A DNA stretch of 64,000 nt from an uncultured bacterium (GTDB lineage Bacteria > Babelota > Babeliae > Babelales > Babelaceae), in assembly GCA_963848965.1 (NCBI GenBank), contig CAWKFG010000004.1:288001-352000 (forward strand). Reading direction: 5' to 3'. The notes under the pieces were generated by a model, which saw nothing but the letters and a program-made list of their open reading frames with translations, did no database searches and had not been told where the DNA came from. The stretch's first letter is position 1. Each line of letters starts with the position of its first letter. A program made the position numbers and the translations under genes. This document shows, one piece after another, positions 1-9,558 of this stretch.

Positions 1-870
1 GTAGGTATTAATTTTGAAACTCCTGCACGTATACATGCAAAGCTTGAGTATTTAAATCCTGGTGGCAGCGTTAAAGACCGGTCTGCTCTTTATATGATTG
101 AAGAAGCAGAACAGCTTGGCATCTTAAAGCCTGGTGGAACACTCATTGAAGCATCTTCTGGAAATCAGGGAATAGCTACTGCTATGATCGGTGCAGTAAA
201 GGGATATAAAGTTATTATCACCGTCTTTGAAAAGATAAGTTTAGAAAAATACCAAACAATTAAAGCGTATGGCGCTGAAGTTATTAAGTGTCCTGCAACT
301 CAGTTTGTTGACGATCCACTCAGTTATCATAGCCAAGCAGTACAGATACATAAAAATACCCCAAATTCCTTTATGTTAAATCAGTATATGAATGTTTCTA
401 ATGCCTATGCTCACTATCATATGCTAGGGCCTGAAATTTGGAAACAAACTGAAGGAAAAATTACTCACTTTTTTGCTGCTGCCGGTACAGGTGGCACTAT
501 CAGTGGCGTTGGACGCTATCTTAAAGAACAAAACCCTTCAGTTAAAATAATAGCAGTAGATTCAGCTCACTCTTTTAGAGCAACTAAGGGAAATCCAAAA
601 CCTTACAAACTTGAAGGTATTGGTGTAGACTTCAGTTCACCGGTTCTTAACCAATCAGTTATCGACGAGTATCTGTGCGTTACTGATGAAGAAGCTCTCA
701 GTGCTTTAAAGCCTATGGCATCTAAGCATGGTCTTTTAATTGGACTTAGCAGCGGCGCAGTTGCTTATGCAGCTGAACAGTATGCAAAAACAATGGGACC
801 TCAAGACTTTGGCATTATGGTTTTTGGAGATTCAGGCAGAGCATACCTTACTAAAGGATTTTACGATTAA
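1..870 (+). CDS. PLP-dependent cysteine synthase / cystathionine beta-synthase family protein (5'-truncated by window edge)
   Basis: Frame 1 is open from base 1 (VGINFETPARIHAKLEYLNPGGSVKDR, containing the PLP lysine motif), with SSGNQG, GTGGT and EGIG motifs. Confidence 0.9.
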   Translation, partial: VGINFETPARIHAKLEYLNPGGSVKDRSALYMIEEAEQLGILKPGGTLIEASSGNQGIATAMIGAVKGYKVIITVFEKISLEKYQTIKAYGAEVIKCPATQFVDDPLSYHSQAVQIHKNTPNSFMLNQYMNVSNAYAHYHMLGPEIWKQTEGKITHFFAAAGTGGTISGVGRYLKEQNPSVKIIAVDSAHSFRATKGNPKPYKLEGIGVDFSSPVLNQSVIDEYLCVTDEEALSALKPMASKHGLLIGLSSGAVAYAAEQYAKTMGPQDFGIMVFGDSGRAYLTKGFYD

Positions 871-911
871 CAAGAAATAAAGCACTCCAGTACAACGATA
901 AACATACTTTA

Positions 912-1007
912 CTGAATAACGCCGGGCTAAAGGGGGTTCGGGAGTTACTGGCATTATCAGCAGAGCTCCGTAAGACTTTCAGTGAGCACGCACGTATAAC
1001 TCTGTCT
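912..1007 (-). mobile_element. Orphan IS200/IS605 right end / TnpB omegaRNA scaffold copy with no tnpB ORF
   Basis: Matches 44227-44328 in three identical blocks of 22, 48 (940-987 = 44260-44307) and 14 nt; 4-nt deletion in the subterminal hairpin. Confidence 0.85.
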
Positions 1008-1287
1008 CTAGTAAAAATCACCGTAAATCCTCTTATTTATAGGAGAGAACATGAGTGTTGTCACCTGTGACTTGATAGTCTTGCTCTTCTCATCCTTTTA
1101 GTCTTGGTATATATAAGAGCTACGAAGCTATTCTATGAGCTGTTAACAACATTAAAATGTGTACTGAGTGCATTTAAAGTAGTACTTTAGCTTCACAACC
1201 TGTGCTTGCATTAATTGACAATAAAAATATATGCATTACTATTATAAAAGTTTATAAAAATTAAAAAGTTCTTTATTTGGGGAATAC

Positions 1288-2940
1288 ATGAAAATTCTTT
1301 TTTCTTTTTGTTCTTTATTATTCTTTAGCTTTCTGTGCATTACTACCAACTTCATGCTTGGTATGGAGAAAGAAAAAGTAAAACCAAAAACTGCTCCTCC
1401 ATTACGAGCACAGTGTATCAATTATTGTACCAAGAACATCGCTCATTATCTACCACAACTCTTAAGCACACAAATACCAAGTGATATCTCATGTGAAGTA
1501 CTTAACTCACTTACAAAAGAAGAGCTTGAAAAGCATAAAAATACTGTATGGCAGATTATTAATAGCCCGGATGCATCATTAGAAGTTGCATGCTATCTAG
1601 TGCTTACAAAATACCCGCACTTTAATGTTCCAACTTTAAAGCTTTATGAGCGCATTAATACTCTTATACAGAATAAAGATCATATACCTCATTCTGCCTT
1701 AGAGCTTTTAGCTCATGCTTTTAAGCCTCAAGATATTTGTGATAGGTCATTTTTTGAGCTTATTCCTCAAGCACTAGCTAACCACCCACAAGCACAACTT
1801 TTTATTCAAAAGCTGTTTCAAGTACATCACGAAAATAGCGCATTTTCGTTTTCACTCAAACCTTCTTCAATGAGTCCTTGTCAGTCTATAGTTGGAAAAT
1901 CTGAAAAAAAAGAAGTCTATAAAGCGGTGGTAAAAAATAGAATGACAACAGGCAGAGTACTTTTACCAACAAGACACAAAATATATAATACTGCAGGAGT
2001 ATGTGTAGCAATGCTTGAAGATGACTCAATAGCAACTAATGGTGAAACCCAGTTTTTGGCTACGGTAAGCCCAGATGGGAAGTTTGCAGCACTTGTAACA
2101 CCTCTTAAGGGAATTCGCATCTATAGAGTACATGACTCTCAACATATTCTTACCCTTCATTTTGAAGAATTACATCGCTATATACCACTGATTACTCATA
2201 TAGCATTTGATAAAGACCTCACACACTTTCATTTTACCATCTCAAATAGTAAACAAGCTAAATATATAGAATATCTTCTTCCTCAAGCCTACTTTAAGCA
2301 AGAGCTTACGCTCGAGCAGCTTATCTATCTTATGATTCTTCACTATTATCTTCATGGTAACAAAAGCCATAGTATTCCATTTTTTGAAAAAATTAAACGA
2401 GTAGCCGCTGGCAGAGCTCTTATTGCTGCTCATAAATTAAAGAAGACAGAAATTCTTGAAAGCTTTAAAGATGGTGACTATTCACTCGCTTCAGATGAAT
2501 TAGCAAGACTTACCCAAGCAGGTAAAGCATCTCAAAAATCAATGCTCAACCATTCTTTTATAAGCCAAATTTCTGAGCAGCAGCTTGAGACTGCTTATAA
2601 AAATAGCAATGAGTTTATTTTTGCATTAAAGTCTTACTTTATGACAGATAATCTTGAAAGTTTACCAGCAGACTTAGCTGCAATACCTTCCCTACGACTA
2701 CAAAAGAAGATTTCTAAAGCGCTCCTAAAGACAATAAAGGAAATAGACTCAGAAAAAGATCTATCTACCTATAAATTGGTCTACAGTCAGAAAGATCACA
2801 AGGATAAAATAACAGAATACACGCGTGAGATTGTAACAGCATTTCTTTCTTTACGCAGTAAGATCTCTCAAGCACAGCTACAAGAAACACTCTGTTCTCT
2901 TGCTCGAACCTGCCTTGATCAGTATCTTATGTATCAATAA
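1288..2940 (+). CDS. Secreted hypothetical protein (signal peptide then ME; BC-box-like motif, partial beta-propeller-like segment)
   Basis: 550 aa ORF with hydrophobic N-terminus ending MLG|MEKE; motifs PPLRAQCINYC and VSPDGKFAALVT; RBS-like GGGGA upstream. Confidence 0.7.
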   Translation: MKILFSFCSLLFFSFLCITTNFMLGMEKEKVKPKTAPPLRAQCINYCTKNIAHYLPQLLSTQIPSDISCEVLNSLTKEELEKHKNTVWQIINSPDASLEVACYLVLTKYPHFNVPTLKLYERINTLIQNKDHIPHSALELLAHAFKPQDICDRSFFELIPQALANHPQAQLFIQKLFQVHHENSAFSFSLKPSSMSPCQSIVGKSEKKEVYKAVVKNRMTTGRVLLPTRHKIYNTAGVCVAMLEDDSIATNGETQFLATVSPDGKFAALVTPLKGIRIYRVHDSQHILTLHFEELHRYIPLITHIAFDKDLTHFHFTISNSKQAKYIEYLLPQAYFKQELTLEQLIYLMILHYYLHGNKSHSIPFFEKIKRVAAGRALIAAHKLKKTEILESFKDGDYSLASDELARLTQAGKASQKSMLNHSFISQISEQQLETAYKNSNEFIFALKSYFMTDNLESLPADLAAIPSLRLQKKISKALLKTIKEIDSEKDLSTYKLVYSQKDHKDKITEYTREIVTAFLSLRSKISQAQLQETLCSLARTCLDQYLMYQ

Positions 2941-2948
2941 CTACTACA

Positions 2949-2975
2949 AAGAGGCTTGTATATAACAAGCCTCTT
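2949..2975. terminator. Probable bidirectional intrinsic terminator
   Basis: Perfect 11-bp stem AAGAGGCTTGT-atata-ACAAGCCTCTT between convergent genes. Confidence 0.7.
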
Positions 2976-3004
2976 CATTTCTTGAAAACTTTTATACAAG
3001 AGCA

Positions 3005-4033
3005 TTATAGTTCTGATTCTGCAAGCACTTCTTCTATAAGAAGCTTAATTTCTTGATTTTGGTCAGGCACAATACGCTCACCAACCTTAAGCACAGAAAG
3101 CTTTTTATCGTATAATCTTTGGTTTGTCCACCAAGAGATAAGTCGCTTATACGGAAGATCAAATGCATCAACACCAAAGTAATAGGTTCCCCAATGCATA
3201 GGAATAAAGTGATAAGCACCTAAATCTAAGAAAGCTTGTCCTGCTTCTTCTGCACTAACATGCACATAGCTCATAGCAGCACGTGGCTCACAAGGTCCTA
3301 TAGGCATTAAGGCAATATCAATAGAAGAAAATTCTTCACCTATTGCCTTAAAATGCGGAGCATAAGCAGTGTCTCCTGCAAAATAAACACGCTTATCATA
3401 GCATTCAATCATCCAGCTACCCCAAAGCGATGTATTAAAGTCAAGGATACTGCGCTGCGACCAATGAAAAGCAGGAAGAAATGTTAATTTCAATGGTATT
3501 CCTGTAGTACACAGATACGCATCCCACCACATATGCTCTTTTACGTTTTTTATACCTCTTTGTATAAACCATTCTGCATCACCTTGCGGGACTAAGAATG
3601 TGATATCTGGATTGTACTTAAAAAGCGCTTTTAATGTAGCACTATCCATATGATCACGATGATTATGAGAAATAAGAACAAAATCAATAGGAGGAAGGTT
3701 CTGGAATGCAATACCAGGAGGAGCAATACGCTTAAATAATGGCAGATTGCCAAAAATAGGATCAGTTAAAATATTATAGCCCCCTATCTGAATAAGAAAT
3801 GTTGAATGTCCTATCCAGGTAAGAGCAAGCTCCTGACTTCTCTCTAAAGGTTCACAAGAGCTACACCACACTTCTATTTCTTCTTTACGAGCTCTTACAC
3901 CTTTTATATAACATGTAAGCATCATACGTAAAGATGAAAAAAGAAAGTGATGCTTCTTTTCACCAGCATAATTATAGAAGCGCCCTTTAGAAAAAGCAGG
4001 AAACATTCTTTGTTTTTTATCAAATTGTGTCAT
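3005..4033 (-). CDS. Metallo-beta-lactamase-fold hydrolase (NAPE-PLD/RomA-like)
   Basis: Motifs TWIGHSTFL, LTDPIF, SHNHRDH (HxHxDH), FAGDT, IPMHWGT. Confidence 0.9.
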   Translation of the reverse strand: MTQFDKKQRMFPAFSKGRFYNYAGEKKHHFLFSSLRMMLTCYIKGVRARKEEIEVWCSSCEPLERSQELALTWIGHSTFLIQIGGYNILTDPIFGNLPLFKRIAPPGIAFQNLPPIDFVLISHNHRDHMDSATLKALFKYNPDITFLVPQGDAEWFIQRGIKNVKEHMWWDAYLCTTGIPLKLTFLPAFHWSQRSILDFNTSLWGSWMIECYDKRVYFAGDTAYAPHFKAIGEEFSSIDIALMPIGPCEPRAAMSYVHVSAEEAGQAFLDLGAYHFIPMHWGTYYFGVDAFDLPYKRLISWWTNQRLYDKKLSVLKVGERIVPDQNQEIKLLIEEVLAESEL

Positions 4034-4311
4034 AGGTCAAGCAAATGACCCCCGTCCAGACTTTAGGTCACGGACAGGGGAAATGGAGGTTATCTATACT
4101 GATTATACACTTATAGTGTACAACAAATTTTAGAAAAATCAAAAAGTTTTTTAAACATTTTATTTTTTAATTACATATTTTATACCATTATTATATACTA
4201 TAATTTCAAATATAGCAAATTATTTCTTGCGACGCCTAAGAACCAAACCTTTTCAAAAAGCATCTCAAAACATTTAATAAATAAAGCTACATACTATAAT
4301 GCTCTATCTAG

Positions 4312-4974
4312 TCAACGAACAAGCTTTAAAAGGTCTATATCTGCATATCCTTCCACGACATGATCTGAATGCTTGACCTGTTCATAGCTTTTTGAAGTAT
4401 TTATACCAATGCAATACATACCTGCGTTTTTAGCAGCTTGAATACCATGGGCAGAATCCTCTATTACTATACACTCAGATGGCTTAAGTTCTAACTTTTC
4501 TGCAGTATATAAATAAATAGCAGGATCTGGCTTTGGTACATAGCCAACATGAGCAATATTGTAGATATGCTCACCAAAAAAATGTTGAAGAGGAAGAGCT
4601 TCTTTTGCTATAGCAAATGTATAATCATCTGCATTAGTTGCAACACCCATTTTAAGATTATGGTGCTTTACCTGAGTATGAAAGGCTTCAAATCCTTCAA
4701 TAAACTCGATACCCTCTTTATAAAGCAGTGATGCCATAGCAGCTTTCTCTTTTATAAGATCTTCAACAGTATCCGGTAAATTGAGAAGCTCTTTAATAAC
4801 ATGACATGCACGATCAAGAGCTAATCCATGAACACGTTTTTTAAGCTCTTGCTCTAGCTCTTGAGAGAAGACAATACCCTTGCTTTCAATAAGATCCTTA
4901 TTGACCTGCGACCAGATAGGAGAGGTGTTAATGATTGTACCATCCATATCAAAAATAATAGCTTTGTATTTCAT
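4312..4974 (-). CDS. HAD-family phosphatase (beta-phosphoglucomutase-like)
   Basis: Motifs FDMDGT, KPDPAIY, IEDSAHG. Confidence 0.9.
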   Translation of the reverse strand: MKYKAIIFDMDGTIINTSPIWSQVNKDLIESKGIVFSQELEQELKKRVHGLALDRACHVIKELLNLPDTVEDLIKEKAAMASLLYKEGIEFIEGFEAFHTQVKHHNLKMGVATNADDYTFAIAKEALPLQHFFGEHIYNIAHVGYVPKPDPAIYLYTAEKLELKPSECIVIEDSAHGIQAAKNAGMYCIGINTSKSYEQVKHSDHVVEGYADIDLLKLVR

Positions 4975-5090
4975 GAAGACCATCGAAAAAAAATATGTTA
5001 TACTACTTATAATAGGCTCTTAGACAGTATATACTTTTTTTGCTCTAAGGTAAAACTTTCATTGTCGCTATAGATCTAGAGGAGTTATTT

Positions 5091-5735
5091 ATGAAGCATT
5101 CTTTTATGCGCCGTATTGCCGAAATAGGGGCTACTTTTAGCTGTGAGGTATTAAAATTTATTAAAATCAGCTTTGTTGTAGGATCTACAAAAGGAATGTT
5201 TTTTTCACTTTCTCAATGCTTATCACCTTTATTAGGATGGTATGGAGGTTCACACTCTGCCATAGCTGCCTTTGGTCTTCGTACCTTTTATGCATTCTGT
5301 ACAGGCTTTGGTTTTTATGCTGGTGCACTCTATCATATTCCTAGTTTTTGTGGCGCACTCTACCTGTCATCACGCTCAAAAGGTATGCGCATAGTACTGC
5401 CTCTTACCTGTATAGCATTGTTTCTTGCGCATCCTCTAGGCAGAGCTGCTTTGCCTTATGCTCTTTATTGGCTTATTCCTGCAGCAGTACCATTTTTGCC
5501 GCAATCCTTCTTTATGCAAGCACTTGGTACAACGTTTGTTATGCATGGAGTAGGCTCCGTTATATGGCTCTATACTCGTAACCTTGATGCATCTATTTGG
5601 AATGCGCTCACAAGCATTGTATGGGCAGAAAGAATCGTCTATGCCGCATGTATGACAGGAGCATACTACGCTATAAACACTCTATGTACATATGCTCCTG
5701 TACTTAAAAAGCGCTATCAAGCACTTTATTCTTAA
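5091..5735 (+). CDS. Multi-pass membrane protein, possibly an ECF transporter S component
   Basis: About 6 hydrophobic helices in 214 aa; AGGAG RBS upstream; family assignment is by resemblance only. Confidence 0.5.
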   Translation: MKHSFMRRIAEIGATFSCEVLKFIKISFVVGSTKGMFFSLSQCLSPLLGWYGGSHSAIAAFGLRTFYAFCTGFGFYAGALYHIPSFCGALYLSSRSKGMRIVLPLTCIALFLAHPLGRAALPYALYWLIPAAVPFLPQSFFMQALGTTFVMHGVGSVIWLYTRNLDASIWNALTSIVWAERIVYAACMTGAYYAINTLCTYAPVLKKRYQALYS

Positions 5736-5756
5736 CCATACATAAGGGGCATAGGC

Positions 5757-6506
5757 ATGATACATCGATTAAGTAGTTTCTTTTCTTCTTTTCGCTCAAA
5801 AAATCAGATAGAGCCGGTTTCTGTTAATCATCTTGCACTTATTATGGACGGGAATCGGCGATGGGCACAAAAAAGAAATCTTGTAGGAGCACTCGGACAT
5901 AAAAGAGGTACTGACACCGTAAGGCAGCTTATTGAGTTCTGCATCGAGCGCAAAATAGGTATTGTTTCAGTATATACCTTTTCTCTTGAGAATTTTAATA
6001 GACCGCAAGAAGAAATTGAAGCTCTTTTTGAGCTTATGATCCAAGAATCTCAAGAGACCTTACCCGACCTTATTAAAAACGGTGTTAAAGTCTCTTTCAT
6101 CGGTGATAAAGACTATTTTCCTTCTCATGTAATTTCGACTATTGAGCACATTGAGCAGAGTACAAAAGAGCTTAATAAGCTTCAATTCAATATACTCTTC
6201 TGCTATGGAGGACGCCAAGAGATAGTTGCTGCTATTAAAAATATTATTCAAGATGTAAAATCTGGTGTTCTTCAAGATCCATTAACAAATGAAATTTTTG
6301 AAACCTACTTGTGGAGCAGCAAATTACCAGATCCAGATTTAATTATTCGTACAGGCGGCGCAAAAAGACTGAGCAACTTTCTTTTATATAAAGCAGCATA
6401 CAGCGAACTTTATTTTACAGATCAATTATGGCCCGATTTAACTAAAAAAGATCTTGAAGAAGCCTTACAAGATTTTTCTATGCGCAAGAGAAACTATGGG
6501 ATCTAA
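5757..6506 (+). CDS. uppS: Undecaprenyl diphosphate synthase
   Basis: Motifs HLALIMDGNRRWA, FSLENFNRP, PDLIIRTGG..RLSNFL. Confidence 0.95.
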   Translation: MIHRLSSFFSSFRSKNQIEPVSVNHLALIMDGNRRWAQKRNLVGALGHKRGTDTVRQLIEFCIERKIGIVSVYTFSLENFNRPQEEIEALFELMIQESQETLPDLIKNGVKVSFIGDKDYFPSHVISTIEHIEQSTKELNKLQFNILFCYGGRQEIVAAIKNIIQDVKSGVLQDPLTNEIFETYLWSSKLPDPDLIIRTGGAKRLSNFLLYKAAYSELYFTDQLWPDLTKKDLEEALQDFSMRKRNYGI

Positions 6507-7488
6507 CATCACCATTCTTGGCGATGGCGCATGGGGCACTGCTTGTGCACATCTTCTTGCACACAATGGTTACACCGTTACCCTCTGGTGTTACAATGAA
6601 GAAGTAGCAGATTCCATTAAGCGTACAGGATATAATACACAGTACCTTCCTGGTATTGCATTACCCTCTTCTATTATACCAGTAACACATCTTGAAGAAG
6701 CGTTAACTAATGCTACATGGATATTTGAAGCTATCCCCGTAAAGTTTTTACGCACTATTGTATCTCACTGCACACCATATGTTTCTCAAGAGCAGATCTG
6801 GGTTATTTTAAGCAAAGGGATAGAAAATAACACACTTCTTTTGCCTTCACAGATTGTTACCGACACATTAGGTGTTACAGTACCTTTTGTTGTTCTGTCT
6901 GGTCCCAGTTTTGCTCGTGATCTTGTGCAACAACAGCCGACTGGTGTTGTGCTTGCTTCAACTAACACTATGCTCGCACAGCAGCTTGCACTGCTGCTTA
7001 ATAACCACTATTTTACCAGCACCGTAGCTCATGATATCTATGGTGTACAAGTATGTGGTGCTTTAAAAAATTGTATAGCACTAGCGCTTGGTATCCTTGA
7101 TGGAGCAGGATACTCAGATAACACTAAAGCACTTGCAGCTACTCAAGGACTGCAAGAAATAGCACTTATAGGAGAGCAGTATACAGGAACTCGCGATACC
7201 ACCTATGGATTAGCAGGTATAGGAGACCTTATTCTTACTGCATTTGGATCTCGTAGCCGTAACCGTATGATTGGAAGAGAAATTGGGCAAGGCAAAAAAG
7301 TTGAAGATATACTAGCCGTTATGCATCAAATTCCAGAAAGTATAAACACCGTACAATCAGCGTATCAACTTACCCAGAAATTCTCATTATCACTACCACT
7401 TTTTACTACTTTATACAAAATACTCTTTCAAAATATGCCAATAGAAGCGCTTATACAGGTACTTATACAAAAAAAAGCTCCCCAGTAA
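6496..7488 (+). CDS. gpsA: NAD(P)H-dependent glycerol-3-phosphate dehydrogenase
   Basis: Motifs GDGAWGTA, SKGIE, LSGPSFA, GALKN, GDLILT..SRN; ATG at 6496 overlaps the uppS end. Confidence 0.95.
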   Translation: MGSNITILGDGAWGTACAHLLAHNGYTVTLWCYNEEVADSIKRTGYNTQYLPGIALPSSIIPVTHLEEALTNATWIFEAIPVKFLRTIVSHCTPYVSQEQIWVILSKGIENNTLLLPSQIVTDTLGVTVPFVVLSGPSFARDLVQQQPTGVVLASTNTMLAQQLALLLNNHYFTSTVAHDIYGVQVCGALKNCIALALGILDGAGYSDNTKALAATQGLQEIALIGEQYTGTRDTTYGLAGIGDLILTAFGSRSRNRMIGREIGQGKKVEDILAVMHQIPESINTVQSAYQLTQKFSLSLPLFTTLYKILFQNMPIEALIQVLIQKKAPQ

Positions 7489-7501
7489 AGAGGAGCTTTT
7501 A
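7473..7501. terminator. Probable bidirectional terminator
   Basis: AAAAGCTCC...GGAGCTTTT hairpin between convergent genes. Confidence 0.55.
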
Positions 7502-7507
7502 GAGCTT

Positions 7508-7858
7508 TTACTTACCGCCAAGTGCATGCTGGCCATACACAACAGCTTTTTGAAGTAACTTCCAAGCAACATAAGTCATACCACCAGTAATAACACCATG
7601 ACGTAATGTTGATTTAACGTTATCCCAGCCGCCATCACTGAACGTACTTGCAAAAGAGTGGCAGAAGTTATCTTCTCCTTTTGCAAAATGGCGAAGAGCA
7701 TGCTCTCCTGCAAAGTAAGCACATCCTACGCAGCCTGCTGCTTTAATAAGAGATGCTAAGCGATTATTACTCAGTTGTCTCCACGTTTGCTCAAAACTTT
7801 CAGCGCGTACTACTGAAAATGAAACTATTACAGCAAGCGATAAGGCTATCTTTTTCAT
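7508..7858 (-). CDS. Small exported/membrane hypothetical protein
   Basis: Classic signal peptide MKKIALSLAVIVSFSVVRA and two hydrophobic segments. Confidence 0.7.
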   Translation of the reverse strand: MKKIALSLAVIVSFSVVRAESFEQTWRQLSNNRLASLIKAAGCVGCAYFAGEHALRHFAKGEDNFCHSFASTFSDGGWDNVKSTLRHGVITGGMTYVAWKLLQKAVVYGQHALGGK

Positions 7859-7988
7859 AAAAATTCCCTTCTAGAAAAATAGTTAAAAAACCTTTTTTAT
7901 ATTACTATGATATACATACAAAAACAACCGTTTACCTATCCATCATGTTTAAAGTATTTCACACAATGCAAACGAGTGTTTTCTCCGA

Positions 7989-8687
7989 TTAAGCAACGGT
8001 AAGAGAGACAACAAAACTCTTCTTAAGATTAACTAACGTGCCTGGCAATGGTCTCTGCTCTTGTACTACACAAAAAGAGCACGTATGAGACTCATCAATA
8101 AGTCGTTGATGAACAACTTTTGATTGAATACCATAGCCTTTTAGAAATTTTTGTACTTCAGAGAGTTTTTTTCCCTTAAGATTGGGAAAAATTCGAATAG
8201 GTGTTATTCCTTCTGAAAAATACGCCGTAAGAGCACTATCTGCAAGCTCTTCCTGCGGCTGTGTATCTTGAGCAATACAAGTACCTTGAGGATTGATACT
8301 TTCTATAGTATACGCTTTTAACTTAGCATTGCTATCTTGCGTTATAGATAGAGCATCTTTATACGCAAGACCGTACAAGCGCGGAGCTTGTGGCTTTGGT
8401 GGCTTACGAGTAACAACAAGAAAAAGCGATTGATGCGATTTAATTTTCTGCCCTTGAGGAGGAGATTGGCTAATAACAATGCCTTCAGGAAAGTCTGGCT
8501 CTTCTTTTTCAGTTAAAATACGAGCATTAAGATGGTAGGTAGAAAGAAGCTTAATAGCATCATGAATATGCTGCCCTACTACAGAAGGAGCTTCTATACT
8601 GCTATGATCAGCAAAAAGCCTAATAAGCTGATAGCCTCCTAAAAAGCATATAAAGGGTATCATCCATAAAAAAGAGAGAACACGCAC
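7989..8687 (-). CDS. PASTA-domain membrane protein
   Basis: N-terminal TM anchor, then APSVVG...GIVISQSP repeated as three PASTA-like units; GTG start. Confidence 0.8.
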   Translation of the reverse strand: MRVLSFLWMIPFICFLGGYQLIRLFADHSSIEAPSVVGQHIHDAIKLLSTYHLNARILTEKEEPDFPEGIVISQSPPQGQKIKSHQSLFLVVTRKPPKPQAPRLYGLAYKDALSITQDSNAKLKAYTIESINPQGTCIAQDTQPQEELADSALTAYFSEGITPIRIFPNLKGKKLSEVQKFLKGYGIQSKVVHQRLIDESHTCSFCVVQEQRPLPGTLVNLKKSFVVSLTVA

Positions 8688-8707
8688 GTTTTGACCTAAG
8701 GTAATAA

Positions 8708-9046
8708 AAGGTAGCTTATAAGCCAGATTCTGTGCTGCATAAAATTCTTATGCAGTGGCAACCATCTATCTTTGCGACATACCCGCATGTTTAAACCGGA
8801 ACGGAAAACCGAACATGCCTATTTTGTCTTGCTCCAGGTAGGGTTTACCCCCCTATAACATTGCTGCTATAGATCGTACGCTCTTACCGCACGTTTTCAC
8901 CCTTACCACATAATGTGGCGGTTATTTTCTGTGGCACTGTTCCAGAGACTTACGCCTTCCTTAGTTGCCTAAGGTACCTTTTCCGCTTGGAGTCTGGACT
9001 TTCCTCTCATTACCTCACGGTTTTGAGCGATTGCCTAAGCTACCCT
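8708..9046 (-). ncRNA. rnpB: RNase P RNA (bacterial type A)
   Basis: Minus strand has GAGGAAAGTCC, AGTGCCACAGAAA, GGGTGAAAAC..CGGTAAGAGC, GGTAAACC, GGAGCAAG and ACAGAATCTGGCTTAT; terminal P1 pairing GGTAGCTT/AAGCTACC. Confidence 0.95.
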
Positions 9047-9512
9047 TAAATAATGTATACACTAGTATTAATACTATTATAAAATGGATTACAATACTTT
9101 GCAAGCTAAACATGCAAAATAAAGGCCTATTAATAAGCCCATAATCAATAACTGCATAATGGATTAGAATCCCACATAAAGCAAGAAGAGCATGCACTAG
9201 TGGATTAAGATCTATTGTAGAACGAAGGTAAAAAGCTGCCATGGTTAAAGGAACCATAACAATAAGGTCTACTCCACAACAACCATTATAGAGAAATGAT
9301 TGAATAACAACTAAACTACCAAGAAAAAAATACTCAAAGACAGGAAGTTTTTTAAAAAGAGCCGTGTAGTACATTGAACGCGTAAAATAATAGGTAGGGC
9401 AGGCAAAAAAGCCCTGAAATACAAGGTCAAGAAAGAAAAGAAAGAGTATTTTCGCGTAATGAAGAACGAGCACCGTATACATAGCAATCCTATTTGCACA
9501 TATTATTAACAA
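9015..9512 (-). CDS. Hydrophobic membrane protein (MreD-like size and topology) whose 3' end overlaps rnpB
   Basis: About 5 TM segments; stop at 9015 lies inside the 5' part of rnpB; start uncertain (ATG at about 9482). Confidence 0.55.
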   Translation of the reverse strand: MLIICANRIAMYTVLVLHYAKILFLFFLDLVFQGFFACPTYYFTRSMYYTALFKKLPVFEYFFLGSLVVIQSFLYNGCCGVDLIVMVPLTMAAFYLRSTIDLNPLVHALLALCGILIHYAVIDYGLINRPLFCMFSLQSIVIHFIIVLILVYTLFKGSLGNRSKP

Positions 9513-9558
9513 ATGGTATCTTTATACTATAAAGACAGAATAATAAAATCAACTCTTT

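Noticed and set aside
892..911. In-window target for the orphan omegaRNA guide
   Set aside because: By eye I found only 5-10 nt matches (e.g. near 852, 1175, 45304, 54066), as expected by chance in AT-rich DNA. An exhaustive search was not possible.
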